A stretch of 64,000 nt of DNA from an uncultured delta proteobacterium. GTDB taxonomy: Bacteria > Myxococcota_A > Polyangia > Polyangiales > B10-G4. The notes beneath the pieces are model-generated. The model was given only the letters and a program-made list of their open reading frames with translations. It was not told where the DNA came from and searched no databases. Positions 24,345 through 33,863 of the stretch are shown piece by piece; within the stretch, counting starts at the first letter, position 1; the number at the start of each line of letters is the position of its first letter. The position numbers and the translations under genes were made by a program. The stretch covers positions 1 through 64,000 of the forward strand of contig CAVSGI010000003.1 in assembly GCA_963727445.1 (NCBI GenBank), in the 5' to 3' direction.

Positions 24345-25990
24345 CGCTCCTCGCCGAGGGCCCTGAGGGCCGGCGACGACGGCGCCTGCGCCATGCGTGA
24401 GACGTAGAAGCGCGCGAGCCAGAGGTTTCCGCGCTCGGCCTGCACCGCCGCCGCACGCTCGAGGCGGATGTCGTCGATGGGCGCGATGTCGAGGCTTCGG
24501 CCGAGGGCGACGATGACGGCGTTTCGGTAGCCGCGCTCGGCGAGGTTGCCGGCGAGCAGACGCAGCGCGTCGGCGTCGTCGATCTGGCGCATGTACTGCC
24601 CACCGAGGGCGATGGCGTCGGGGCCGGAGGCGCCGTAGTCGCGTTCGTCCTTCGCGGCGATGGCGGCGAAGCGCGCGGCGTGGCCGAGGGCGAGGTCCGG
24701 CGCTGCCTCGATGGCGTGGTCGTAGGCGTCGATGGCCGCGCTGAGCTGGCCGGCGTCGCGGCGGACGTGACCGAGCTCGAGCCACGCGTAGAACGCATCC
24801 GGTTGGGTGTGCGCGGCGTGGCCCCAGAGCCGGAGGTCGTCGGACCAGACGCGCTCGTATTGGAGAGTGCGCGCCCCGAGCGCGACCGCGGCGAGGGCGC
24901 CCGCGGCGAGGGCCGCGCGGCCGGGTGTGACGCCCCGGTCGGCTGCCTTCGCGATCAACGCCGCGACGCCGAAGCCGAGGCCGACGAGGGGGAGCGAGAG
25001 ATAGCGGTCCTGAAACTGGAAGTAGAGCGGGATGAGGTTCGAGGCGGGCAGGAGCAGCACCCCGAAGGTGGCGAGGGCGAAGGTGAGGCGCCGCTCTTTT
25101 CGGCGAATCGCGACAATCAGGCCGAGGGCGTAGAACGCTGGGCCCAGCCACACCCACCCGGGGAACGCAGCGTCCCGGTGGATGGGATAGACGGGAGAGT
25201 TCTCGCTGGGAACGAAGGCGACCCCCAGGTAGTGGGTGAGGGTCGCCGCGACCAGGCCCACGCTCGAAGCGCTCGTCCCGCCGCGGACCATCTCGGCGCC
25301 TTCCCAGATGTGGATCACCAGAAGGCCGAGCGCGCCGCCGATGGCGAGGAGCGGCACCTGACGGCGTAGGGCGTCTTTGAACGAGACGTCGCGGAGCAGC
25401 ACGTCGACCAGGATCAGGATCACGGGAAGCGGCAGGACGGTCGTCTTGCTGAGCGCCGCGAGGACGTAGAAGAGGCGCGTCAGCCACGCCCAGCGATCGA
25501 GCGGCGCGACGGTGCGGAGATGGCAGAGGATGGCGGCGCTCGAAAATCCGAGCGCGAGGATCTCCTTGCGGCCCGTCGCCCAGGTGACTGCTTCCACCTG
25601 GACCGGATGCAGCCCCACCACGAGCGTGCCGATCACCGCCGCCCAGCGCGGCAGCCCGAGCGCGACGAAGACCTCGAGGAGGAGCAGCAGCGCGACGACC
25701 CAGAGGATCAGGCTGGTCGCGTGGATCGCGGGACCGCCCGTGCCGGCCCACGGCACGTCGAGCCAATAGCTCAGCAGGTGAAGCGGATGATAGGCCTCGA
25801 AATGAGGCTCGCTCACGAGCGTGACGAAGTGATCCCAGGACACGCGCTGGACCGGCGCGAAGTCGATCAGAAAGCGCCCGTCGTCCCAACTCTTCACCAG
25901 CCCGTGACCCACCGCGGGCCCAAAAGTCACGAGCGCCGCGAGCGCGACCCCCCCTCGGGCGAGCCAACTCGAGCGGCTGGGACTATCCAT
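24341..25990 (-). CDS. TMTC-like GT-C glycosyltransferase with C-terminal TPRs
   Basis: WDD, YHPLHLLSY, LHPVQVEAVTWATGRKE, ALSK, DRYLSLP, VWSDDLRLW motifs; multiple TM helices; TPRs. Confidence 0.8.
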   Translation of the reverse strand: MDSPSRSSWLARGGVALAALVTFGPAVGHGLVKSWDDGRFLIDFAPVQRVSWDHFVTLVSEPHFEAYHPLHLLSYWLDVPWAGTGGPAIHATSLILWVVALLLLLEVFVALGLPRWAAVIGTLVVGLHPVQVEAVTWATGRKEILALGFSSAAILCHLRTVAPLDRWAWLTRLFYVLAALSKTTVLPLPVILILVDVLLRDVSFKDALRRQVPLLAIGGALGLLVIHIWEGAEMVRGGTSASSVGLVAATLTHYLGVAFVPSENSPVYPIHRDAAFPGWVWLGPAFYALGLIVAIRRKERRLTFALATFGVLLLPASNLIPLYFQFQDRYLSLPLVGLGFGVAALIAKAADRGVTPGRAALAAGALAAVALGARTLQYERVWSDDLRLWGHAAHTQPDAFYAWLELGHVRRDAGQLSAAIDAYDHAIEAAPDLALGHAARFAAIAAKDERDYGASGPDAIALGGQYMRQIDDADALRLLAGNLAERGYRNAVIVALGRSLDIAPIDDIRLERAAAVQAERGNLWLARFYVSRMAQAPSSPALRALGEER

Positions 25991-26116
25991 CGTGGTGATG
26001 GGGTCCAGCTGCGTCAGCCGCCGAGCGCCCCCACAGGGGCCGACTGAGGAATACCAAAGGTATTTCGCAGGGAGGCCCCGAGGAGGAAAGCCGGCGGATG
26101 GCGTAGCTGGACCCCA

Positions 26117-26629
26117 TCACAGGGCGCCTTCGCCTCTGACGTATTCGATGAAGTCCCGAACGTCGCGGCGAAGTCGGCTCTCCACCTCGCGGACGCCCGT
26201 GGCGCCCGCCTGCACGCGTTCGCGGTCGGGGTCGTAGCGATAGCTGACGTGGTCGAGGACGAGGATCTGCACGCCGTCGTCATCGCCGTGACCCGCGAGG
26301 GTCTGGAGCTGGCCGGTGGGATCCGGCTCGGGGATGCGGTCGCCGTAGTCGACGCGATCCTGCGGGCTCACCCACTCGACGCCATAGAGGGTGTCGCCCA
26401 CGCGAAAGTCGACCTCGAAGGGCTCGCTGGCCCCGTCGTCGACGTTCCACTGGGTGCTGAAGGGGATGCCCATCTCGGCGAAGAGCTCTTCGATCATGTC
26501 GTTCGCACGCGCTTCCGAGATGTCGCGCAGGTCCGCCGCCGTCGCAGAGCGCCGCGTGGTGGCGCCGCCGCAGGCACAGAGGACGACGAGGAGGGGGACG
26601 AGGGCGAAGAACGCTTTCGCGGTGTGCAC
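26117..26629 (-). CDS. Hypothetical lipoprotein with Vsr/DUF559-like motif
   Basis: Lipobox VLCAC; SEARA...GIPFSTQWNV...FEVDFRVG...GVEW. Confidence 0.6.
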   Translation of the reverse strand: MHTAKAFFALVPLLVVLCACGGATTRRSATAADLRDISEARANDMIEELFAEMGIPFSTQWNVDDGASEPFEVDFRVGDTLYGVEWVSPQDRVDYGDRIPEPDPTGQLQTLAGHGDDDGVQILVLDHVSYRYDPDRERVQAGATGVREVESRLRRDVRDFIEYVRGEGAL

Positions 26630-26631
26630 GA

Positions 26632-27258
26632 TCAATCCAGAGTGATGGGGTAGTTCACGACCATCGGCGGTCCGTCGAAGGAGTCGAAGCGGGCGCCCCG
26701 CGCGGCGGTCCGAAGGCACGAGCCCGCCTCCCCGGTAGTGACGACCGCGGGCCCGGAGAGACGGACGCGGCTCACCGAGCCGTTCGGCTCGATGCGGAGC
26801 CCGAAGGTGACGCGACCCGAGACCGGCTCGTCGCCAGCGGCGAGAACCAGGCACCGCCGGATGCGCCCGAAGACTCCGTCCATCCCGGACTCGATCGCGG
26901 CCCGACTGAGCTGCTCCTCGCCGCCCGCGGCGTTGAGGTCGAGGTTGCGGTCCACGCTGCCCAGATCGTCGCCCGTGGTGGCGTTGCCGGTGGGGACCCG
27001 CTCGCCGCCGCCGCGCATCCCCCGCCGGCCGCGTCGTCGCCGGCGCATGGAGGGCGTCTCCTCCTCCATGTCAGGCCCGGCGTCCGCTTCGTCTTCGACC
27101 TGCTGCGTGGCGATCTCGCCAGGCTCGAAGGCCCCGCTCGCCCACAGGCCCACGCCGAGGCCCCACAACAGGGATGCGGTCAGGAATCCGCCGACGAACT
27201 TCGACACGTAGCGCTTAGTACCGCCTGAAAACCGCCGGGTAAAGACGAGAGCGCCCAT
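26632..27258 (-). CDS. Membrane-anchored AgmX/PglI-type TonB C-terminal-like domain protein
   Basis: TM helix, linker, LSRAAIESGM...IRRC...SGRVTFGLRIEPNGSVSRV...SCL...FDSFDGPPMVVNYPI. Confidence 0.7.
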   Translation of the reverse strand: MGALVFTRRFSGGTKRYVSKFVGGFLTASLLWGLGVGLWASGAFEPGEIATQQVEDEADAGPDMEEETPSMRRRRRGRRGMRGGGERVPTGNATTGDDLGSVDRNLDLNAAGGEEQLSRAAIESGMDGVFGRIRRCLVLAAGDEPVSGRVTFGLRIEPNGSVSRVRLSGPAVVTTGEAGSCLRTAARGARFDSFDGPPMVVNYPITLD

Positions 27259-27344
27259 GGGGCGGCGGAGCGGCGGAAAGCCAGTCAAACCCAGGGCCGG
27301 ACCGCTTGACCGCCCCGGGGTCTGCCCGTACGGTCCCGACCGCC

Positions 27345-27998
27345 GTGAAACCCCCTTTCATACGATGGTTTGCCGCCGCCTCTTGTGTGGCCGCGGCCGC
27401 GCTCGCCGCTCCCTCGTCGGCGTTCGCACAGGCGATGGACGACGAGGGCTACGAAGTGGCGCCGAGCGGCGGCGACGCGGGTTTTGGCTTCGGTGAAGAG
27501 GAGGAGGAGACGCCCTCCGACCCCCTCCGCATCCTCGGCACCCTGACCTTCGGGACCTCGATCCGCTTCATCCAGGACCTGGACTACTACCAGGACCGCT
27601 TCGCACCTGCCTATCTCAGCGGTTGGGGCGGCGTGGTGCTTCCCGGAAGCGGCATCCGCCACGCCCTCGGCGTCACGGCTTCACTCAACGTGACTGGTGA
27701 CGGCAACGCGATGGTGGGGGTCGACGCGGGCACTCAGTTCGTGGTCGGGCCGAGCTACGGGCTCTACATCCCGGTCGGCGACTTCCTGCTTCTTCCGAAG
27801 TTCTCGGTGCCGATCGCCGTCTCCTCCGGTCCCAGCCTGGGCCTCGGGCTCAGCCTCGGCGCGGCCTATCGCTTCCTCGCCGGCTTCGGCATCTACGCCG
27901 AGCTCGGCGCCTCGATGTTCTTCGGGACCGCCGCCTCGGTGCATCCGCTCGGCAGCGGGGAGATCGGCCTCATCATCGACTACGAGGTGCTGCCGTGA
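27345..27998 (+). CDS. Putative small outer-membrane beta-barrel protein
   Basis: Signal peptide ending AFA; amphipathic beta strands (LGAAYRFLAGFGIYAELG, IGLIIDYEVLP). Confidence 0.6.
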   Translation: MKPPFIRWFAAASCVAAAALAAPSSAFAQAMDDEGYEVAPSGGDAGFGFGEEEEETPSDPLRILGTLTFGTSIRFIQDLDYYQDRFAPAYLSGWGGVVLPGSGIRHALGVTASLNVTGDGNAMVGVDAGTQFVVGPSYGLYIPVGDFLLLPKFSVPIAVSSGPSLGLGLSLGAAYRFLAGFGIYAELGASMFFGTAASVHPLGSGEIGLIIDYEVLP

Positions 27999-28462
27999 AG
28001 CGTCGCGTGTTCAAGCTGTCCATGGTCGGGCTCTTCCTCTTCCTCTTCCTCGGCGGGCCCACCCCCGGCTCGGTGGGCGACTGCACCAAGGGCGAGTCTT
28101 TCGCCGATCCGGTGCAGCACTGCCAGAACAAGGAGGCCTGGACCTGCGCGCGCCGCCGCGCCCGCGGCGACCTCGCGAGCAATGCCGAGGAGATGGCGTG
28201 CATGAGCCGCATCACCGCGACCTGCTCCGGGGCGACCTGGCCCATCGGGTGTCAGCCCACGCAGCAGCAGTCGGACGCGTGCATCGCGGCCATGCGGGAC
28301 AGCAGCACCCTCGGCACCCGCGGTGAGTGCTACCCCGACGCCCTGGCCTGCGGAACCCCGCCGACGGTGCAGCCGGGTTGCGCTCCCTGCGACCAGCCAC
28401 CCGCGTGCAACCTCTGCGGTGCGAGCAGCAGCGCGCTCACGGCCGATGGGGGAATGGAGTGA
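27995..28462 (+). CDS. Cys-rich secreted hypothetical protein
   Basis: Hydrophobic N-terminus, PTPGSVGDC, about 13 Cys; GTGA overlap with upstream gene. Confidence 0.65.
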   Translation: MKRRVFKLSMVGLFLFLFLGGPTPGSVGDCTKGESFADPVQHCQNKEAWTCARRRARGDLASNAEEMACMSRITATCSGATWPIGCQPTQQQSDACIAAMRDSSTLGTRGECYPDALACGTPPTVQPGCAPCDQPPACNLCGASSSALTADGGME

Positions 28463-29808
28463 TGAGCACGAAGATGAAGAAGGCCGCGTGGTTGGTGGCT
28501 GCATCCGCGCTCCTCGCGGGGTGCGCCGTCTTCGCCAGCAAAGCGGAGTACGCCGAGTACCGCGAGGTCCGGATGGCGGACGATCAGCGCGATCGCCTCG
28601 TCGCCATGCACGAGTACATGACCGAGTTCCCCGAGGGGACCTGGGCCGAGGAGATCCAGGCGGAGCGGGTCGCGATCGAGCCGGAGATCTGGGAGTCCAG
28701 CCGCTCGAGCAAGGAGGGCCTCGAGTTCTATCTCGCGGCGTTCCCCGACGGCCCGCACGCCGCCGAGGCGCGTCCCCGCCTCGCCGCCCTGCGCACCGTC
28801 TCGGGTCGTCGTGACGAAGAGCGCGAGCGCGCGCAAGAGGTCGAGCGCGAGCGTCGCGAGGCGCTCCTCGAGCGTCAGCGCACCTGGCTCACCCGCGCGG
28901 CCCAGTTCTGGGCGCGCACGATGATCGGCATCAGCAACTGGGGCTCGCCCATCGCCCAGGTCGCGCGCCGCAACCGATCCTTCTCGCAGGCCTTCGGCGC
29001 CGAGCCGCCGCCGCATTGCAGCCGCACCGAGTGCATCAAGTTCTACAAGGCCGCCTACGCGATCCCGGTCCCCGGCTCGACGCGCATCGAGCGCGAGGCG
29101 GAGCTCCTTCTCCGCCTGCGCATGACCGACGGCCGCGTCATCCGCGCCGAGCTCCTCATGCCGAACAAGGGCTTCTCCCGCTGGTACGAGCAGGAGAACC
29201 GCACGGTGGTTGTCGACGAGGATCCGACGCAGCGCAACGAGGCCATCGAGTGGGCGCTCGGCAAGATCATCCCCGCCATTCGCGAGGTGGCGCCGAACGC
29301 CCAGAACCTCGACGTGGTGCCCGAGCCCATCGACCCGCCGCAGGTGGCGCGGCCCGAGGGCGAGGAGGTCGCCGCGGGCCAGGCGCCAGGCGATGAAGGA
29401 CAGGCGCAGGCGCAAGAGACACCGGAAGAGCCCCAGGAGCAGGCGCAAGAGACGCCCGAGGTCCAACCGGAAGGTGGCGGCGAAGGCGGCGAAGAGGGCG
29501 GCGGTGACGGCCTCGACGCGCTGCTGGCTGCGGCCGCCGGCGTCGACGAGAACCAGAACCAGAACACCGAGCCCGAACAGGTCACGGCTGCGCAGCAGGA
29601 GGAGCCCGAGACCATGGTGCTCCCCATCGCGCTGCAGGGCTTCAGCGCGGGCGGCCTCCGGATCGTGCTCTTCGCCGCGGGCGAGGAAGACTACGGCGCC
29701 GCCTACGACGGGCTCTTCATCGAGTACGAAGCGCCGGAGCCTGCCCAGACCGAGCGTCGTCGACGGCGGCGACGCGGCGGGGGCATGCGCGGCGGCATGA
29801 TGCGCTGA
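28462..29808 (+). CDS. Hypothetical lipoprotein
   Basis: Lipobox LLAGC; repeated Y(L/M)xxFPxGx(W/H)A motifs; TGATG coupling to upstream gene. Confidence 0.7.
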   Translation: MSTKMKKAAWLVAASALLAGCAVFASKAEYAEYREVRMADDQRDRLVAMHEYMTEFPEGTWAEEIQAERVAIEPEIWESSRSSKEGLEFYLAAFPDGPHAAEARPRLAALRTVSGRRDEERERAQEVERERREALLERQRTWLTRAAQFWARTMIGISNWGSPIAQVARRNRSFSQAFGAEPPPHCSRTECIKFYKAAYAIPVPGSTRIEREAELLLRLRMTDGRVIRAELLMPNKGFSRWYEQENRTVVVDEDPTQRNEAIEWALGKIIPAIREVAPNAQNLDVVPEPIDPPQVARPEGEEVAAGQAPGDEGQAQAQETPEEPQEQAQETPEVQPEGGGEGGEEGGGDGLDALLAAAAGVDENQNQNTEPEQVTAAQQEEPETMVLPIALQGFSAGGLRIVLFAAGEEDYGAAYDGLFIEYEAPEPAQTERRRRRRRGGGMRGGMMR

Positions 29809-29815
29809 CCCGGCC

Positions 29816-31243
29816 ATGCATCGCATCGGATCGGCGACCTTCGCCTTCTTCGTCCTGCTCCTCGCGGCGTGTGGAGGGGACGACACGCGGCCCCCGGCGG
29901 ACACCGGGCCGACATACATCCCCGTGCAGGCCATGCCCCAGGTCGCCTTCGAAGGGCAGGCGCGCCTCGCCGTCGAGCTCTACGTGCCGGGCGACGACTT
30001 CTCGGGCGCGATGGTCATGGTCGAGGACACGGCCGGCCCCCTCGAGCTCCTCGATCAGCGCTGCGGCGTCGAGCGCTGCGGGGTGGTCCTCCGGGTACGC
30101 GACGACCGACCCAACATGGGCCGCCCCGTCCCCTCCACCATCGACAGCGAACGGCACGCGCTGATCATCGAAGGCGCGAGCGGCGACCTCTACCGCGCCT
30201 ACATGACCGTCTTCCCGCTCGACACCATCGACAACCGGGGAACCATGCCCCTCGACGTGAGCGGCGTGGTGATGGCGTCCTCCGCACAGGCGTCGGCGGG
30301 CTCGATGTTCCGCGGCGGCGCCACCGAGCCGCCGATCCGCTGGGTCGTCTTCGGCGACGCGGAGCTCAGCGGCACCATCGACGCGTCGGCCGAAGGCGCC
30401 GAGCCGCACGCCGGCGGGGAGGCGGGAGGCGCGGCCGGTGCGGCCGGCGCGGCGCCCCTCGGCGGCGCGGCTGGTACCGCCGGCGCGGGCGGCGGGGGTG
30501 GCGCAGCGACCGAAGATGGCGGCGCGGGAGCCGCGGCGGACGGAACGCCGGACGGCGGCGGCGCGGGCGGCACGGGCGACGGCGCGGGCTTCCTCGCGTG
30601 CGTCGACCGCCTCGAGATGACCAGCTGTCCCAACGGCGCGGGCGGCGGCGCGACCGGGGAGGGCGGCGCCTCGGGCGGTACGGTGCTGATCGCGGCCCTG
30701 GGGACGCTGACGCTGGGCGGCGAGATCCTCGCCCGCGGGGGCGACGGAAGCTCGGACGGCGGCGGAGGGGCTGGCGGTCAGGTCCTGCTCGCGTCGCCGA
30801 GCTTCGCGGGCGGCGGCATGGTCGACGCAAACGGCGGCGCGGGGGACGGCAACGGCGGGGACGGCGCCGTGGGACGCATCCGCGTCGACGGCCCCGGCGC
30901 GCTTTCGGGCGCGTACGAAGGCCCGTGGGTCGACATCGGGGGCGTGCCGGCGATCACCGATGCCGCCACCGTGACGCTGACGGGCAGGGCGCCCGCGGGG
31001 GTGTCGGTCCGCGTCTTCGACATCGAGAAGAGCAACGAGGCCTCGGCGACCGCCGGGGCCGATGGCCGCTTCTCGGTCGAGGTTCCCCTTTCGGTGGGCA
31101 TCAATCGTCTCGGCGTCGAGGCCGACATCGACGGCCTGATCGCGCGGAGCTGGGTCGGCACGAACATCCAGCTCGAGATGGTTCCTTCGCTCATGCAATC
31201 GCTGCCTCGGGGAGCGACGATCGACATCGTTCACCTGCCGTGA
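29816..31243 (+). CDS. Gly-rich lipoprotein with C-terminal Ig-like domain
   Basis: Lipobox LLAAC; GGGAGG repeats; VTLTGRAPAG...ADGRFSVEVPLSVGINRL. Confidence 0.7.
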   Translation: MHRIGSATFAFFVLLLAACGGDDTRPPADTGPTYIPVQAMPQVAFEGQARLAVELYVPGDDFSGAMVMVEDTAGPLELLDQRCGVERCGVVLRVRDDRPNMGRPVPSTIDSERHALIIEGASGDLYRAYMTVFPLDTIDNRGTMPLDVSGVVMASSAQASAGSMFRGGATEPPIRWVVFGDAELSGTIDASAEGAEPHAGGEAGGAAGAAGAAPLGGAAGTAGAGGGGGAATEDGGAGAAADGTPDGGGAGGTGDGAGFLACVDRLEMTSCPNGAGGGATGEGGASGGTVLIAALGTLTLGGEILARGGDGSSDGGGGAGGQVLLASPSFAGGGMVDANGGAGDGNGGDGAVGRIRVDGPGALSGAYEGPWVDIGGVPAITDAATVTLTGRAPAGVSVRVFDIEKSNEASATAGADGRFSVEVPLSVGINRLGVEADIDGLIARSWVGTNIQLEMVPSLMQSLPRGATIDIVHLP

Positions 31244-32787
31244 GCGAGCCCACCAGCACCGAGAACAGCGACGGAAGCGAAGACGGCCTCGCTTTCTTGC
31301 GCAGCCGGCTGCGGCTGCTCGGCGCCTCCACCTTCACGCTGAGCTTCGGCTTCCTCGCCCTGCAGACGCTGATCGATCTGTCGAGCGGCGGCTTGGGTCT
31401 CGCCGCCGCCGAGCTCGCGAAGCCGGGCCGGTACCTCAACGCCGCCGCGGCCGCGGTGAGCCTGCTTCTCTACGCCATCGTTCGCCTCGCGCCTCTCGCC
31501 CGCACGGGCCTTCGGGTGGCGGACGCTTCGGCCACCGTCCTGGCGGCCACGCTCTACGCCTGCATGGCGCTCGTCGGCGAAGAGGGAATGGTGGCGGTGC
31601 TCCTCGCCAGCCTCTGCACGCTCCTGGTGCTGCTGCTTCGCGCCGTCCTCATCCCGAGCTCGTGGGAGCGGACGGCGGCCGTGAGCGGTGCGAGCGCGGT
31701 GGTGATCCTGGTCCTGGGCTTCGTCCTCGATCCGGCGCGCGCCGGTGACGACCCTGCGGAGCTCCGCATCGCGCTGTCGATGTGGTTGATGGTCGCGGTG
31801 GTGGTCTCGACCGTTCTGTCGGGCGTGCTCTTCGGCCTGAGGCGCGCGGTGCGGGACGCGAGGAAGCTCGGTCAGTACACGCTGACCGAGCGACTGGGGA
31901 AGGGCGGCATGGGCGAGGTGTACCGAGCGGAGCACGCCTTCTTGCGCCGGCCGACGGCGGTGAAGCTCCTGCCGCATACCGCCGACGGCGACGCCGCTGC
32001 GAAGCGCTTCGAAAAGGAAGTGCAGCTCACGGCGAGCCTCATCCATCCGAACACGGTGCGCATCTTCGACTACGGCCGAACGCCCGACGGCGTCTTCTAC
32101 TACGCGATGGAGCTTGTCGAGGGTGGCGACCTCGACGCGATGGTACAGGCCTCGGGCCCGCAGCCGGCTGCGCGCGTCGCGTACCTGATGGCGCAGGTCG
32201 CCGGGAGCCTCTCCGAGGCGCACGACGTCGGCCTCATCCACCGCGACATCAAGCCCGCCAACATCCTGGTCAGCTGCCGCGGGGTGTACGACCTGGTGAA
32301 GGTGGCGGACTTCGGATTGGTGCGCGAAGTGACCGAAGCCGATCCCACCGAGAGCCGGATGGAGATCGTCGGTACGCCGCAGTTCATGGCTCCCGAGACC
32401 TTCACCACCCCCGAGACCGTGGATGGCCGCGCCGACCTCTACGCCCTCGGCGCCGTCGGCTACTACCTCCTCACCGGTCGCCACGTCTTCGAGCGCGCCG
32501 GGACGCTGCAGATCCTCGCGGCCCACGCCACCGCGCCGCCCGAGGCGCCGTCGACCCTCGTCTCTTCGGTCCCGCCGGCGCTCGAGGCGATCCTCTTGCA
32601 GCTCCTCGAGAAGGAGCCGACCAGCCGCTTCGAGAGCGCGCAGGCCCTCGCGCGGGCGCTCGCGCCCATCGCCGCGGATTGGAGTCCGGAGCGCGCGTCC
32701 GCGTGGTGGCAGACCCACGAGGGGGCGGTGCGGGCGCGCGAGAGCCTGCCTTATGCGCTCACCGTGGCGCGGGGCTCTCGGGGTTGA
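31240..32787 (+). CDS. Hanks-type Ser/Thr protein kinase with multi-TM N-terminal domain
   Basis: LGKGGMGEVY, AVK, HRDIKPAN, DFG, GTPQFMAPE, DLYALG; about 6 TM helices upstream. Confidence 0.93.
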   Translation: MSEPTSTENSDGSEDGLAFLRSRLRLLGASTFTLSFGFLALQTLIDLSSGGLGLAAAELAKPGRYLNAAAAAVSLLLYAIVRLAPLARTGLRVADASATVLAATLYACMALVGEEGMVAVLLASLCTLLVLLLRAVLIPSSWERTAAVSGASAVVILVLGFVLDPARAGDDPAELRIALSMWLMVAVVVSTVLSGVLFGLRRAVRDARKLGQYTLTERLGKGGMGEVYRAEHAFLRRPTAVKLLPHTADGDAAAKRFEKEVQLTASLIHPNTVRIFDYGRTPDGVFYYAMELVEGGDLDAMVQASGPQPAARVAYLMAQVAGSLSEAHDVGLIHRDIKPANILVSCRGVYDLVKVADFGLVREVTEADPTESRMEIVGTPQFMAPETFTTPETVDGRADLYALGAVGYYLLTGRHVFERAGTLQILAAHATAPPEAPSTLVSSVPPALEAILLQLLEKEPTSRFESAQALARALAPIAADWSPERASAWWQTHEGAVRARESLPYALTVARGSRG

Positions 32788-33790
32788 GCGCCTCCGCCGG
32801 GCCTTCTTCGGTCTCGGCTTCCACGTCCACGTCCACTTGCATCTCCGCGTCGCTCTCTTCGACTTCCTCCTCCGTGTCCGTGTCGGGAAGGAGCAGGAGG
32901 TCGTGCTCCGTGCCGTGCATGGTCCAGTAGGGGGCGCGGGCGAGGAGGGTGCGCTCGTAAGTGCTCTCGCCACGGGAGAAGCGCACGATGGCGTGCGGCT
33001 CCTCGACGTCGACGTGATAGACGTCGCGGCGGTCGCCGAAGGAGACCGTGATGGGACGCGCCTCGAAGGTGCCCTCGGGCACCTCCACCGTCTGGGGCGC
33101 ACCGATGTCGACCTCGGCGATGAGGGGCTCGGGAGGCACGGCCCGATTCGAGAGCTGACTCGGGACGAGGTCAATCCTGCGCGTGCCGCCCGTGTCGGCG
33201 TCGAGGGCGCGGAGCCAGACAGGGAGCGCATCTTCGAAGACCAGGTCCTCGGGGAGCGACAGGGGCGCCACGACCTCTGCCTGATCGCCGAAGTAGCTGA
33301 ACGCCCGCAAGAGCCCCTCGTCGCCGCGCACCGTGAAGATCGCCGAGGTGGTGCCGCACCATTCCTGGCTGCTCATCGCCAGCTTCATGGGGCGCAGCTC
33401 GGTGCGCGTCAGGAAGACGCTGACCATCTGGCGGTAGGTGTAGACGCCGGTTTGGAAGGTCAGGAGCGTGTTCGACTTGATGGCGTCGACGACGTGCTGG
33501 TGATGGGGGCCGTCGGCTTTGACCAGACGCTCGGGATCGAAGGACTCCTTGACGGTGATGAGGACGAGCTCGCCCTCGCGCATCTCCCCGTAGCGCATCT
33601 GATGGGCCACGAAGCGCGCCACCTCCGCGTTGCCGTCGTCCCAGAGCGCGCTCTCGAAGAGGTCGTTCTCGGCGGGCGCGCCGGCCTCGAAGGTCGGCGC
33701 AGGGGGCGGCGGGCGCTCGAGGTCCTCGGGCAGCGTGGAGCAGCCGGCCAGGCCGACGGCGGCGACGAGGGGGAGGCAGAGGGCGCGCAT
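32759..33790 (-). CDS. Conserved hypothetical lipoprotein
   Basis: Lipobox LAGC; WDDGNAEV...RYGEMREG...SSQEWCG motif. Confidence 0.65.
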   Translation of the reverse strand: MRALCLPLVAAVGLAGCSTLPEDLERPPPPAPTFEAGAPAENDLFESALWDDGNAEVARFVAHQMRYGEMREGELVLITVKESFDPERLVKADGPHHQHVVDAIKSNTLLTFQTGVYTYRQMVSVFLTRTELRPMKLAMSSQEWCGTTSAIFTVRGDEGLLRAFSYFGDQAEVVAPLSLPEDLVFEDALPVWLRALDADTGGTRRIDLVPSQLSNRAVPPEPLIAEVDIGAPQTVEVPEGTFEARPITVSFGDRRDVYHVDVEEPHAIVRFSRGESTYERTLLARAPYWTMHGTEHDLLLLPDTDTEEEVEESDAEMQVDVDVEAETEEGPAEALNPESPAPR

Positions 33791-33863
33791 GGGGGTGGCA
33801 GTATGGGTTTTTCCGCAGCGATGTGCTCTAAAAGGCTTCGTGGCGGGTTCTGAGACGCCGGAG

